Part shown: positions 1 through 8,464 of the stretch, piece by piece
How the letters are laid out: each line of letters starts with the position of its first letter
How positions within the stretch are numbered: position 1 is the first letter of the stretch
IMG/VR virus record: IMGVR_UViG_3300010002_000010
Span: 27,949-91,948 of that record
Source of the DNA: a virus
Taxonomy: Duplodnaviria > Heunggongvirae > Uroviricota > Caudoviricetes
Reading direction: 5' to 3' (one strand)
Length of the DNA stretch: 64,000 nt
The notes under the pieces: generated by a model
Told to the model about the DNA's origin: nothing
The model's database searches: none
The model's input: the letters and a program-made list of their open reading frames with translations, nothing else
Program-made: the position numbers and the translations under genes

Positions 1-279
1 GATCCAGAAAGCATTCTGTTTACTAAAACATTTTATTGTCAAGTTGTTGATGGTGAAATTATTTATCGCCAGGATCTTTATGAAAAAAATTTAGCAGAAC
101 GTTTACTCGCTGAGAAAAAAACAGAAGCAACCGCTTATATTGCTTATGCCACACCACTAATTAACCGTCATCGTGATGAGCAAGAACTTGGCGATCCAAC
201 AACTTTAACAACAACTCAATACCGCGAACTTCTTCGGAAACGTAACGAAGCAACTACTATTCTTAACTCATTAATTTAA
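1..279 (+). CDS. 3' end of a CDS that runs off the window (C-terminal 92 aa, ...TTQYRELLRKRNEATTILNSLI*); unknown, possibly a late/structural protein because it precedes the lysis cassette
   Basis: Open frame from position 1 to TAA at 277-279; no start within the window. Confidence 0.45.
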   Translation, partial: DPESILFTKTFYCQVVDGEIIYRQDLYEKNLAERLLAEKKTEATAYIAYATPLINRHRDEQELGDPTTLTTTQYRELLRKRNEATTILNSLI

Positions 280-299
280 AATAAAAGGGGATAACTAAA

Positions 300-947
300 A
301 TGGCAATTGAAAATGCAATTTTACCGTTAAATCAAGCACGGATTACAGCAGGATATAAAAACCCAGCATACAAAACAGCTATGGGATTTGGTCACTTTGG
401 TGTTGACATGGCGGATGACAATCGAACAGAGCGATCTGTTTTTGCGCCATTCACCATGAAAGTCACCCATGCCGGTTATGACGATCTTATGGGATATACA
501 ATTATTGGTGTTTCCGTAAACTCAATTGATATTCATAATGGCTTAAAAGCTGGAACTCGCCGGTTAGCTATTCGCATGGCTCACCTTGATGCAATCTATG
601 TTAAAGCTGGAGACATCGTAAAACCAGAAGGAAATGCAATTGCAATTTATGGTGGCACAGGAATTTATGGTGGAGGATCAACTAACCGACATCTTCATGT
701 TGAAGTTGATACGGATATTGATTATCCAAACTATTCACCTACCCCCTCTGCCTCTGCAAATGATATTTGGCGCGGTGGTTTTGATACAACAATTCATCCT
801 ATGGATGTCTTCAAAGTCGATGCACTTGGCGAACGTGGAGTAGCTCAAAAATTTTATTATGCAATTGCTTCAGGAAACTGGGTTCTTGCAGATGATAAAG
901 CAACTCTCGATCTTAATGGAAATCTCGTAATCGCAAAAGGTTTATAA
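300..947 (+). CDS. M23-family (LytM-like) peptidase; putative peptidoglycan hydrolase
   Basis: HLHVEV (HxH zinc motif) and a Gly-rich loop; RBS aaagggg 8 nt upstream; sits in the lysis cassette. Confidence 0.55.
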   Translation: MAIENAILPLNQARITAGYKNPAYKTAMGFGHFGVDMADDNRTERSVFAPFTMKVTHAGYDDLMGYTIIGVSVNSIDIHNGLKAGTRRLAIRMAHLDAIYVKAGDIVKPEGNAIAIYGGTGIYGGGSTNRHLHVEVDTDIDYPNYSPTPSASANDIWRGGFDTTIHPMDVFKVDALGERGVAQKFYYAIASGNWVLADDKATLDLNGNLVIAKGL

Positions 948-965
948 GAAAAGGAGAAAAATAAA

Positions 966-1166
966 ATGGTAAAAATTCCAGATCGTTTTAAAAACTACTT
1001 GTTGTGGTCATCTATTGGTGCATTTGTTTTGCTGGTAGTTCAGGCATTCGGAGTAGAAATTGACGTCGGTAAATATAACGAATTGGTAAATGCTGGCCTT
1101 GGACTTTTAGTCTTGGCTGGCGTTATTAATAATCCCTCCCATGGTACAGGCTTCAAAGATCAATGA
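966..1166 (+). CDS. small two-TM holin
   Basis: 66 aa with two hydrophobic segments (LLWSSIGAFVLLVVQAFGV, LGLLVLAGVI); RBS aaggagaaaa; directly upstream of the lysin. Confidence 0.6.
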   Translation: MVKIPDRFKNYLLWSSIGAFVLLVVQAFGVEIDVGKYNELVNAGLGLLVLAGVINNPSHGTGFKDQ

Positions 1167-1207
1167 CGGGGATTTATTTCCCCTGAATTGGGGATAAGGA
1201 GGCCTAT

Positions 1208-1450
1208 ATGGAAATGGACTTTGGTCAATTTATCTCAGGAATTTTAGGACAGGAATCAATTTTCTTGTCCCTCTTCCTGTATATGTTGTGGCAAATGCTT
1301 CAAGATAAAAAGAAGCAACAGGACTTAATGACAATGCAAGCGGAAGCTCTTCAAGATCTTACCTCAAGCTTTGAGAAATTAACAGACAACCAAGAACGTA
1401 TCACCAATCGGCTAGATGATATTGAAGCTAAAATCGAAAACAAACAATAA
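1208..1450 (+). CDS. BhlA/XhlA-like holin-associated membrane protein (N-terminal TM plus C-terminal coiled coil)
   Basis: 80 aa starting MEMD, one TM then a charged coiled coil; RBS ggataaggagg; lysis-cassette context. Confidence 0.5.
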   Translation: MEMDFGQFISGILGQESIFLSLFLYMLWQMLQDKKKQQDLMTMQAEALQDLTSSFEKLTDNQERITNRLDDIEAKIENKQ

Positions 1451-1466
1451 CTAGGAGGAATTTATT

Positions 1467-2258
1467 ATGGCAGTAACACTTAACTGGTTGCTTGAAAAAG
1501 CAAATAATAAACTTAACAACAAAAACATGGACAAAGACGTTTCAGAGATCACTCGTGAAGTCATCAAAGAGATGTTCGAAAAAGGAATTTTTGTTGGTGT
1601 AGCTCAAGCTTACCGCTCGACTCATGAACAAAATGTAATCTTTTCTCAAGGCCGTACAGTCGCGCAACTTCATGCAAACGGAATTTATAATCTTCCAGGG
1701 AAACCAGGTCCAATTGTAACTCGTGCAAAAGGTGGTCAATCAAATCACAACTACGGAGTTGCGGTTGATTTGTTCCGGTTCTCTAAACATGGCGATCGCG
1801 CAATCTGGGATGTTGATCCAGAATACATGCAGGTTGTCAAAGCAATGAAAGCTCGTGGAATGAAATGGGGCGGAGATTGGAAATCATTTGAAGACAATCC
1901 TCATTTCGAGCTTTTCGATCGTGTTTCTGGTGAATCAAAACCAAAACAAAAAGACGAAAAACCCGCTTCTAAACCAGCTCCAAAACCTGTCGCGAAGCCT
2001 GCAGAAAAACCAAAACCAAAACCAGCTTCTAAACCAAAGCCTGCTGGCGATGGAAAAGCAATTGTAAAATACCCAGGGAAACCACTTGCAAAAGGATCTA
2101 AGGGTGCAGATGTTAAACGGATCCAAAATGCTCTTGGCGTAGAACCAACTGGAAACTTTGGACCAGAAACTCAAGCGAAAGTCAAAGCTTACCAAGGTCG
2201 CAAGAACTTGAAAGCTGACGGAATTGTTGGACAAGCAACTTGGAACATGCTTTTCTGA
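1467..2258 (+). CDS. endolysin: VanY/M15-type L-alanyl-D-glutamate peptidase, Pro/Lys-rich linker, C-terminal PG_binding_1 domain
   Basis: N-terminal peptidase similar to CwlK/Ply500; PAPKPVAKPAEKPKPKP linker; C-terminal motif ADGIVGQATW; RBS ctaggagga. Confidence 0.85.
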   Translation: MAVTLNWLLEKANNKLNNKNMDKDVSEITREVIKEMFEKGIFVGVAQAYRSTHEQNVIFSQGRTVAQLHANGIYNLPGKPGPIVTRAKGGQSNHNYGVAVDLFRFSKHGDRAIWDVDPEYMQVVKAMKARGMKWGGDWKSFEDNPHFELFDRVSGESKPKQKDEKPASKPAPKPVAKPAEKPKPKPASKPKPAGDGKAIVKYPGKPLAKGSKGADVKRIQNALGVEPTGNFGPETQAKVKAYQGRKNLKADGIVGQATWNMLF

Positions 2259-2302
2259 TCTGCACACGGTAAAATTCTGATTTTATTCTGCATAAATAGC
2301 CA

Positions 2303-2333
2303 TAAACAAGAGCACTCGCTCTTGTTTTACATA
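2303..2333 (+). terminator. rho-independent terminator after the lysis genes
   Basis: aacaagagc-actc-gctcttgtt hairpin followed by ttttac. Confidence 0.7.
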
Positions 2334-2350
2334 GCTTCTAGCTATTAAAT

Positions 2351-2376
2351 TTACACATACTAGTAATTAATTTACA
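2351..2376 (+). promoter_or_regulatory. sigma-A-like promoter TTTACA-N17-TACAAT for the recombinase gene
   Basis: tttacacatactagtaattaatttacaat read directly. Confidence 0.45.
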
Positions 2377-2411
2377 ATAAATAGCATTATAATATGAGAG
2401 GAAGTAAAATT

Positions 2412-3401
2412 ATGGCAAAGAAACGTAACTCATTTTTTAACGAAGAAACCTATGCGATCGTAAATAAGAAATCAAAGGATATTGTAGAGGATTATAATCT
2501 CGAACTTAAATCAAAAAAGAAAGCGGAGAAAACTATCTATCAGTATATTGCTGATATTAAAATGTTCCTCTGTTATGTTCATGATAATTTTGATGACAAG
2601 TATCTATTGGATCTTAAGAAACGAGACTTCCGCCGGTTCTTCTTGGCTCTTCAAGATTCAGGAGCTTCGTCTGCACGGATCAACCGCGTCCAATGTTCGC
2701 TTCGGAACATCTTAGAATTTTGTATGGAAGACGATGACGAATACGAAGATTACGAAATCAATGTAATGAAATCCGTCAAAGGTTTGGTAAAAGAAGAAGT
2801 CCGCGAAATCCACTTCCTACCAAATGAAGATGTCGAATTGATCCTAGATTATTTGATTGAAAAACAAAAATACCAGCAAGCTTTATACCTGGCAATTAGC
2901 TATGAATCTGCAGGTCGCCGGAATGAAGTACACCAAGTTAAAAAAACGGACTTCCTAGAAAACAACCGAACCAATATTGTTCAAGGTAAACGCGGTAAAA
3001 AATTCTCATTGCTTTATTTTGGTCGATCAAAAGAAATTGCAAAACTGTATTTCGATCAACGCGGTGAGGATAATATTGATTCTCTTTGGGTTTCTGGTGA
3101 AGGTGAAGATCTTCGGCCTGCAAAATATGAAGCTCTTTATAACTGGGTTATCACATTCCGCCGGATCCTATTGCGTTTAACTGGAAAAGATATTGAGTTC
3201 AATCCCCACAGTTTACGGCATACAAGCCTCGAGAATTATTCTGATGGATCCCATTATGTATTAAAAGAATTGGGAAAAGACAAGTTCGATATTAATGTTC
3301 TTCGTCTGATTGCAAACCATTCGGACATCTCGACTACCGCAAATTATTTGAAAAATAAAGATGAAGAAGAACTTAATAACGCTTTTGGTTTTGGATCATA
3401 A
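2412..3401 (+). CDS. tyrosine site-specific recombinase (phage-integrase family); could be an integrase, a Xer-like resolvase or an SPbeta MrpR-like recombinase-fold regulator
   Basis: C-terminal HSLRHTS (HxxR) and a Tyr in STTANYL; start moved to the ATG at 2412, which has RBS gagaggaag (the track ORF begins at 2394). Confidence 0.8.
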   Translation: MAKKRNSFFNEETYAIVNKKSKDIVEDYNLELKSKKKAEKTIYQYIADIKMFLCYVHDNFDDKYLLDLKKRDFRRFFLALQDSGASSARINRVQCSLRNILEFCMEDDDEYEDYEINVMKSVKGLVKEEVREIHFLPNEDVELILDYLIEKQKYQQALYLAISYESAGRRNEVHQVKKTDFLENNRTNIVQGKRGKKFSLLYFGRSKEIAKLYFDQRGEDNIDSLWVSGEGEDLRPAKYEALYNWVITFRRILLRLTGKDIEFNPHSLRHTSLENYSDGSHYVLKELGKDKFDINVLRLIANHSDISTTANYLKNKDEEELNNAFGFGS

Positions 3402-3421
3402 TAAAAAGAGTGGGGTTTCCC
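3391..3421. terminator. bidirectional rho-independent terminator between convergent genes
   Basis: aaagagtggg-gttt-cccactcttt with T-runs on both strands. Confidence 0.7.
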
Positions 3422-3435
3422 ACTCTTTACATAAA

Positions 3436-3918
3436 TCAATCTTTAATTACTGATCTCCAATAATTTTGAGCTGGTGTGTAAACTGGCGGTGTTTCAATTG
3501 TATGGCCAATATCTACTTCCAATTTATTCATGTCAACCGTGGCAGAGAACTCAAAATTATCAATTGTTTCGGTTGAATAATAGTCTGCCTGCGGATAATT
3601 GACAATAAAGATATAACCTTCTGTCTCATTAAACTTAGCAAATTTTTTATCTAATCCGTCACCCACCGCATCTTTCAAAACTGATGGCCCTTTGTTTTTA
3701 AGATCCCATTCATATTTTTCAAGAGCTCTTAAAAGGTCTGTAACCGATTCGTTTGATTTTGCTATATCCTTTGAAATATATTGATAAAGAGCATGGATCA
3801 TTTTTGTAACAGTAACTTTTTCGGTTTTAAAATGGTATTCCTTAATTGAAGCTTCAATCATTTTATTAACGGCATCAACGGCTTCAATAGCTTTCTTACC
3901 TTCAGTGTTATATTTCAT
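3436..3918 (-). CDS. hypothetical protein (160 aa)
   Basis: ORF with RBS gaggagg; 1-nt overlap with the upstream gene. Confidence 0.6.
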   Translation of the reverse strand: MKYNTEGKKAIEAVDAVNKMIEASIKEYHFKTEKVTVTKMIHALYQYISKDIAKSNESVTDLLRALEKYEWDLKNKGPSVLKDAVGDGLDKKFAKFNETEGYIFIVNYPQADYYSTETIDNFEFSATVDMNKLEVDIGHTIETPPVYTPAQNYWRSVIKD

Positions 3919-4106
3919 TATTTTTCCTCCTCATAACAGATCAACAAACAAGAAAAGTTAATCCCATCTTTATAATACGGTGTTGTTTGATATTGTAATT
4001 CAATCTTCCCAAATCTTTGATATTTTAATATTGCTTCTTCAAGCTGGATCTTAAATATTGTTGAATCTGTATTTACTACAAGATGAGTATAGATAATTTT
4101 CCCCAT
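3918..4106 (-). CDS. hypothetical protein (62 aa)
   Basis: ORF with RBS aaaggaggaag; translationally coupled to its neighbours. Confidence 0.5.
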   Translation of the reverse strand: MGKIIYTHLVVNTDSTIFKIQLEEAILKYQRFGKIELQYQTTPYYKDGINFSCLLICYEEEK

Positions 4107-4282
4107 TATACTTCCTCCTTTTTATAAGCAAACAGAATAACTTCCATTAAAACATTAACAAAAAATATCCCACCAAATACAGATACGATAATAAAATTAT
4201 CCATATTAAAAACAGGTTGAATTAAAAACCAAGTAAAAGCAAGAAAGTACATTGTCATTGTTATAAAAACCGTCTTTGTCAT
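4106..4282 (-). CDS. small hydrophobic membrane protein (58 aa); not in the ORF track
   Basis: MTKTVFITMTMYFLAFTWFLIQPVF...; RBS aaaggatga; its stop overlaps the next start. Confidence 0.4.
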   Translation of the reverse strand: MTKTVFITMTMYFLAFTWFLIQPVFNMDNFIIVSVFGGIFFVNVLMEVILFAYKKEEV

Positions 4283-4308
4283 TTAGATCATCCTTTCTTA
4301 TTATTTAC

Positions 4309-4336
4309 ATTATACTTGATTTTTAAAATAAGTAAA
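4309..4336 (-). promoter_or_regulatory. conserved phage promoter (minus-strand TTTACT-N16-TATAATgtaaa) for the 4282-3436 operon
   Basis: Plus strand reads ttatttacattatacttg...agtaaagaaaa; belongs to the ~25-copy family. Confidence 0.6.
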
Positions 4337-4357
4337 GAAAAATAATAAAATTATTGA

Positions 4358-4420
4358 GCTCTGTATTGCGTTGAGTTGGCGGTATGCCTTACCCATTTAA
4401 TTTCATTGCACCACAGGAGC
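4358..4420. repeat. palindromic hairpin element, copy A (arms GCTCTGTATTGCGTTGAG / GCACCACAGGAGC around a ~30-nt loop)
   Basis: The 17-18-nt arm motif recurs at 11513-11574 and 12963-13025 in both orientations. Confidence 0.55.
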
Positions 4421-4452
4421 AATCTGAAAAGATCCAAATAAAAAAACGTCCC

Positions 4453-4710
4453 TCAATAGAGGAACATCTTTTTGTCTTTGATGAATGGTTCTCCGCTTTT
4501 ATATTCCTTTGTTGATAAAGGACCTGCAAATAATTTCATATTAGAATCCAAAAGCATATATACATTAATTCCCCGGTCGATTCCTTTTACAATGAAAAGT
4601 TCTACAACCTCAAATGCTTTTTTCAATAAAGATCCATATTCCATTTTAGCTTCAATGTACGGAAGAATAATATTTGTTTCTTTGTCCCAGATATATTTTT
4701 CGAGTTTCAT
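4453..4710 (-). CDS. hypothetical protein (85 aa)
   Basis: ORF with an imperfect hairpin plus T-run terminator at ~4437-4470. Confidence 0.5.
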   Translation of the reverse strand: MKLEKYIWDKETNIILPYIEAKMEYGSLLKKAFEVVELFIVKGIDRGINVYMLLDSNMKLFAGPLSTKEYKSGEPFIKDKKMFLY

Positions 4711-4782
4711 TTATAACAGCTCCTTCTTATTTATAATTTAATTATACTATATTATTGAGGATCCGTATATAATTTAAGTAAA

Positions 4783-4808
4783 AAAAAATCCCTCGAAAGG
4801 GATTAATT
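4783..4808 (-). terminator. rho-independent terminator
   Basis: tccctc-gaaa-gggat hairpin flanked by A/T runs. Confidence 0.7.
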
Positions 4809-4809
4809 T

Positions 4810-5208
4810 TTAGATCTTATCATAGAACATTGCTCTGTCAATAGTGCTTTTAATACCATTGATTGGATTTTCCCCAACAATAGTTCTTTTAGTTTTATCA
4901 TTTTGTAAAAGCTTGAATAACAGAGCTTCGTTTTTATTTGATTTAATATAGAACATAGATCCGATTTCTAATTCATTAAGAACCTTCATTCGTTTTTCTT
5001 TTTCTTCTTGCGGGTTAGAGTTTGCAATGACTTCTTTAATTCCAGCAATTGGAATTGAATAAGGAATGCCATTCATTTTTCCAACAAACTTAACTCGCTT
5101 AGCTTCAACGAACTCGCATTCTTGTCCGTTTTTTAGTTTAATAGTATCTCCTTGGTTTGCGGATGCAATCATGTTGATCTGTTCAAAAGTAGGTTGTTGA
5201 GTTGTCAT
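4810..5208 (-). CDS. hypothetical protein (132 aa)
   Basis: ORF with its own promoter and terminator. Confidence 0.6.
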   Translation of the reverse strand: MTTQQPTFEQINMIASANQGDTIKLKNGQECEFVEAKRVKFVGKMNGIPYSIPIAGIKEVIANSNPQEEKEKRMKVLNELEIGSMFYIKSNKNEALLFKLLQNDKTKRTIVGENPINGIKSTIDRAMFYDKI

Positions 5209-5257
5209 TTTAAATTCCTTCTTTCATGTATGGTTTTTTGTTTCTGTCTTCTATTTA

Positions 5258-5286
5258 ATTATACAACAGTGCGCAAAAATTGTAAA
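5258..5286 (-). promoter_or_regulatory. sigma-A-like promoter TTTACA-N17-TATAAT (minus strand)
   Basis: Reverse complement of tgtaaa (5281-5286) and attata (5258-5263); a terminator hairpin (atccc-aatta-aggga) sits immediately upstream at 5291-5318. Confidence 0.65.
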
Positions 5287-5310
5287 TAAAAAAATCCCAA
5301 TTAAGGGATT

Positions 5311-5637
5311 TTAATTTCTAAGATATTCTTCTTCTTCTAAAATAACATCCCAAACATACGGAGAAACATACAGATTTCTAAATGAGTTATTTCCAATTTT
5401 CTTGAAGATCTGATACCAATATGAGTCTCCTCCGTAAGATAACTTTTCTTGATTTTCAAGAACGGATATTGTATTTGTTATTACAACATTATATGCAAAC
5501 TTGAATAGTTCAGCAGACGTATCAGGTATGAACCAAAGACTTCCGGTCGAAGAAACTAACGTAACCGAATTTTCCGCGAGACATGCGAAGCAAAGATTGT
5601 TGTCATCCAGATATTTAATTTGTTGATCTGTTGTCAT
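5311..5637 (-). CDS. hypothetical protein (108 aa), paralog of 5736-6050
   Basis: N-terminus MTTDQQIKYLDDNNLCFACLAENSVTLV aligns with MKTNQDLQHLVEKNLTFVCVTDTSVTLV. Confidence 0.6.
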   Translation of the reverse strand: MTTDQQIKYLDDNNLCFACLAENSVTLVSSTGSLWFIPDTSAELFKFAYNVVITNTISVLENQEKLSYGGDSYWYQIFKKIGNNSFRNLYVSPYVWDVILEEEEYLRN

Positions 5638-5675
5638 TTTAAAAACTCCTCAAAATGTATTTTGTCTTCTATTTA

Positions 5676-5704
5676 ATTATACGTCAGCGCGGAAAAAATG
5701 TAAA
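5676..5704 (-). promoter_or_regulatory. sigma-A-like promoter TTTACA-N17-TATAAT (minus strand)
   Basis: attata at 5676-5681 and tgtaaa at 5699-5704; terminator hairpin directly upstream. Confidence 0.65.
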
Positions 5705-5735
5705 TAAAAAACCCCGATTTCTCGAGGTTTTATTT

Positions 5736-6050
5736 TTATTTCATTTTCTTAATTTCTTCGAAGATCTCATGTTTCACGAAGAAGTTATAAATGTTGTCAT
5801 CCCATTTTGTATCTTCTTCAATTTTCATCCAGAAATTATCCAATCCATAATGAGTTATCATATCTTGTTCTTCAAACTCAGAAACAATATTCTCATTGAC
5901 AAGTTTCTGTACGTCTTCAAAAATTGGATTTTCCATTGGGATGTAATACAGATTATCATTTTTTGGAACGAGTGTTACAGATGTATCTGTGACACACACA
6001 AACGTTAAATTTTTTTCTACGAGATGTTGAAGATCTTGATTTGTTTTCAT
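5736..6050 (-). CDS. hypothetical protein (104 aa), paralog of 5311-5637
   Basis: Paralogy read directly from the N-terminal alignment. Confidence 0.6.
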   Translation of the reverse strand: MKTNQDLQHLVEKNLTFVCVTDTSVTLVPKNDNLYYIPMENPIFEDVQKLVNENIVSEFEEQDMITHYGLDNFWMKIEEDTKWDDNIYNFFVKHEIFEEIKKMK

Positions 6051-6089
6051 TTTAAAAGCCCCTTTGTTTTTTAATTACCTTACAATTTA

Positions 6090-6118
6090 ATTATACGTCA
6101 TATTCCCGCAGATGTAAA
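6090..6118 (-). promoter_or_regulatory. sigma-A-like promoter TTTACA-N17-TATAAT (minus strand)
   Basis: attata at 6090-6095 and tgtaaa at 6113-6118; terminator hairpin at 6121-6148. Confidence 0.65.
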
Positions 6119-6148
6119 TAAAAAAATCCCAATTAAGGGATTTTATTT

Positions 6149-6526
6149 TTACATGAATGTTGTATTGAAAATGTTTTCAAGTTCTTCGAATTGTGAATTA
6201 TTAATGAGATAATGTTTTTCTTCAAGATCTTTGAAACGTCCAACATACGGGATTGAGATTGTATTTGGATTGTTTAAGATGAAATGTCGCGAATCAAGAT
6301 ATGCTCGTTCGTTTACAAAACATAAGATCTCATTGTACGCAGGAATGACTTCAATGACTTTTGTTTTCTCATTGATTGTTACAAACGAATAATTGATATT
6401 ATCCATTTCTTCGTGCATAGAACTAATGATGTCATCCATATTCATTGTTTCTGTTTCTGTCATTTCTGAAAGATCTCGGATTTTCATAATCGATTCGTTC
6501 ATCTGTTCAATTGTCAAGTTTTTCAT
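6149..6526 (-). CDS. hypothetical protein (125 aa)
   Basis: Start moved to the ATG at 6526 (MKNLTIEQ...) with RBS aaaggacg; the track ORF is longer at its 5' end. Confidence 0.55.
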   Translation of the reverse strand: MKNLTIEQMNESIMKIRDLSEMTETETMNMDDIISSMHEEMDNINYSFVTINEKTKVIEVIPAYNEILCFVNERAYLDSRHFILNNPNTISIPYVGRFKDLEEKHYLINNSQFEELENIFNTTFM

Positions 6527-6657
6527 TTTTACACGTCCTTTGTTTTTTTTTGTTTTAATCTTCCTTACATATATAATTATAACATGATCTGCGGGATTTG
6601 TGTTGATTTTATTGAAAATAATTAAAAAAACTTTTTTATTTATTTTTCTAAAAACTA

Positions 6658-6686
6658 TGTACAAAGCCCGTAAATCTTAGTATAAT
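6658..6686 (+). promoter_or_regulatory. plus-strand early promoter TGTACAaagccc-N-TATAAT
   Basis: tgtaca at 6658-6663, 17-nt spacer beginning aagccc, tataat at 6681-6686. Confidence 0.6.
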
Positions 6687-6742
6687 AAATTATAGAGTTA
6701 ATTAACAGCGACTCTAAAAAACTTAGAAACGAGTTGAAAAAA

Positions 6743-6943
6743 ATGAACTTACATGATTTAAATGAGTATCGAAAACAGAAAATGCAGAATGAAAATTATC
6801 AGATTCAAGTTAGATCTTTATTGAATCCAGACGAACTAAAACAATTCAATAAAGCCATTGCACAAGGACAATACATGCAAGCCGTAAACATTGCGACTCC
6901 TGCAATCAACAAGAAGTTACAAGACACATACGGATTGAAATAA
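6743..6943 (+). CDS. hypothetical protein (~66 aa)
   Basis: ATG at 6743 (the track ORF begins at a TTG at 6734); terminator downstream. Confidence 0.5.
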   Translation: MNLHDLNEYRKQKMQNENYQIQVRSLLNPDELKQFNKAIAQGQYMQAVNIATPAINKKLQDTYGLK

Positions 6944-6944
6944 G

Positions 6945-6975
6945 ACAGATCGGCTTCGGCCGATCTTTTTATTTT
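6945..6975 (+). terminator. rho-independent terminator
   Basis: agatcggc-ttcg-gccgatct followed by ttttatttttt. Confidence 0.75.
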
Positions 6976-7612
6976 TTCCCGTTTTTTAAATCTTAAAGTG
7001 CCGTTTTGAAATTGTCAGAATATTCCGAATGTTCCGTTTTTAATGCCGGAAATTTTTTCAATATTCCGAATTTTCGGAATTGTCTGAATATTCATAAAAC
7101 TCGAAGTGCCGTGAATTATCAGAAAATTCTGAATATTCGATCTATTATAATTTTTAAAATATTCTAAATATTCCGACAATTTGAAAACTCGAAAGATTTA
7201 GAATTATCTAAATATTCGAAATTATCTGAACATTCGAAGTTGTCAGAATATTCCGATCATTGTAAATTGTCAGAATATTTCGAATTGATCGACAATTTGG
7301 AATTGTCAGAATATTCAGATCATTCAAAATATTCATAATTTTCCGCCGACGAACCACCGCAAATTATTTTAATATTCCGAATATTACGAATATTCCGACA
7401 ATTCTAAATAGATCGAATTTTCTGAATATTCCGAATAATTTGAATTTTCCGAATTGTCAGACTATTCAGAATTTATTGAATTAACGCCTATGAAAGAATA
7501 TTCCGACAATTCAATTTTTACAATAATCGAAATATTCCGAATATTTTGAAAATTCAAATTGATCGAAAATTCAGAATATTTGTAATATAAAATAACTATT
7601 TTAAAATGTGAA
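6976..7612. repeat. repeat array R1: about 20 copies of the GAATATTC-centred motif (full site approx TTGTCAGAATATTCTGACAA, half-site GAATATTCCGACAATTC) in both orientations
   Basis: Counted directly; contains the variant GTGCCGTGAATT and the GC island CCGCCGACGAACCACCG at 7343-7359. Confidence 0.9.
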
Positions 7613-7621
7613 ATAAAAAAA

Positions 7622-7648
7622 ATGGGATTCTTTCGAATCCCGAATGAT
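7622..7648 (-). terminator. rho-independent terminator for 7656-7907
   Basis: gggattc-tttcg-aatccc with a T-run on the minus strand. Confidence 0.7.
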
Positions 7649-7655
7649 TTGTTTC

Positions 7656-7907
7656 TTAAAGTAAGTTATTCAATTCTTCAACATGTTTTGAAACTCGATT
7701 TGCTTGAAGAATGAAAATTGTCAATCCTTGTGGACTCATTTCATTTTCATGAAACTTAATTACGAAATGATTTGAGATCGGATTGTGAGATAATGTCACT
7801 TCTGAAATCGGATTGTCAAAGTGAAAACGGCCAAACGAATATGTCGCATTTGCATATCCTAATTCTTCAAGTTTTGAAATTACGTTTTGTACTGTTTTGT
7901 AATTCAT
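7656..7907 (-). CDS. hypothetical protein (83 aa), possible helix-turn-helix DNA-binding protein
   Basis: RBS aaaggacg; the N-terminal KTVQNVISKLEELGYANAT segment looks like an HTH (weak). Confidence 0.5.
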   Translation of the reverse strand: MNYKTVQNVISKLEELGYANATYSFGRFHFDNPISEVTLSHNPISNHFVIKFHENEMSPQGLTIFILQANRVSKHVEELNNLL

Positions 7908-8026
7908 TTTTCAACGTCCTTTATTTTGTATTTAAGGTCTTTTGTTTGTCTCAACCTTATATATTAATTATACATCTAAAGCCCACAAAAGTACACAGTT
8001 TTTGGAAATTAAATTGTAAAACTTTT

Positions 8027-8160
8027 AGAAACAATTCTGACAATTTAATATGATCGTGTCAGAATATTCTGACAATTCAAAAAAACTTAATTGTCGGAAT
8101 TTTCAGAATATTAAAACAATGAAGCCGCAATTGTCAGAATTGTTCTAAAAAATAATACAA
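8027..8160. repeat. repeat array R2: about 4 copies of the GAATATTC motif, including the perfect palindrome GTCAGAATATTCTGAC
   Basis: Read directly. Confidence 0.85.
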
Positions 8161-8179
8161 ATTAATTTCCGTAAAACTG

Positions 8180-8208
8180 TGTACAAAGCCCATTTTAAAT
8201 GTTATAAT
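8180..8208 (+). promoter_or_regulatory. plus-strand early promoter TGTACAaagccc-N-TGtTATAAT
   Basis: tgtaca at 8180-8185, tataat at 8203-8208, 17-nt spacer. Confidence 0.65.
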
Positions 8209-8260
8209 ATATATAAGAGGTTAAGTAATTGATCTCAAAAACGAAAAGAGGATGATGAAA

Positions 8261-8434
8261 ATGTTACAAGAAACTGCAAAATGTTTACAAGAACTTTCAG
8301 AAAACGGATTTTACAAATTTGAAAACGAAATGTTCGATTTTGAAAATGTTGTTGAATTAGTAAATCCAATTCTCAAATCTTTGAAAGTTGATTTTGAAGT
8401 AAATAACGAAAAAGAAGAAATCAAAATTTTCTAA
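8261..8434 (+). CDS. hypothetical protein (57 aa)
   Basis: Third in-frame ATG chosen (aagagg RBS, 9-nt spacing); terminator follows at 8436-8465. Confidence 0.5.
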   Translation: MLQETAKCLQELSENGFYKFENEMFDFENVVELVNPILKSLKVDFEVNNEKEEIKIF

Positions 8435-8464
8435 AATGAAAGAGTCGAAAGACTCTTTTCATTT

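Noticed and set aside
634-843. Plus-strand 69-aa ORF inside the M23 peptidase gene
   Set aside because: It lies entirely within the well-supported 300-947 coding frame and has no RBS.
1542-2267. Minus-strand ORFs 1542-1739 and 1935-2267 antisense to the endolysin gene
   Set aside because: They are antisense to a strongly supported CDS and have no RBS. The second has a repeat-derived WF-rich sequence.
6149-6664. Long 5' extension of the track ORF (MYIVFRKINKK...)
   Set aside because: The extension runs through the promoter and terminator region and has no RBS. The ATG at 6526 with RBS aaaggacg is preferred.
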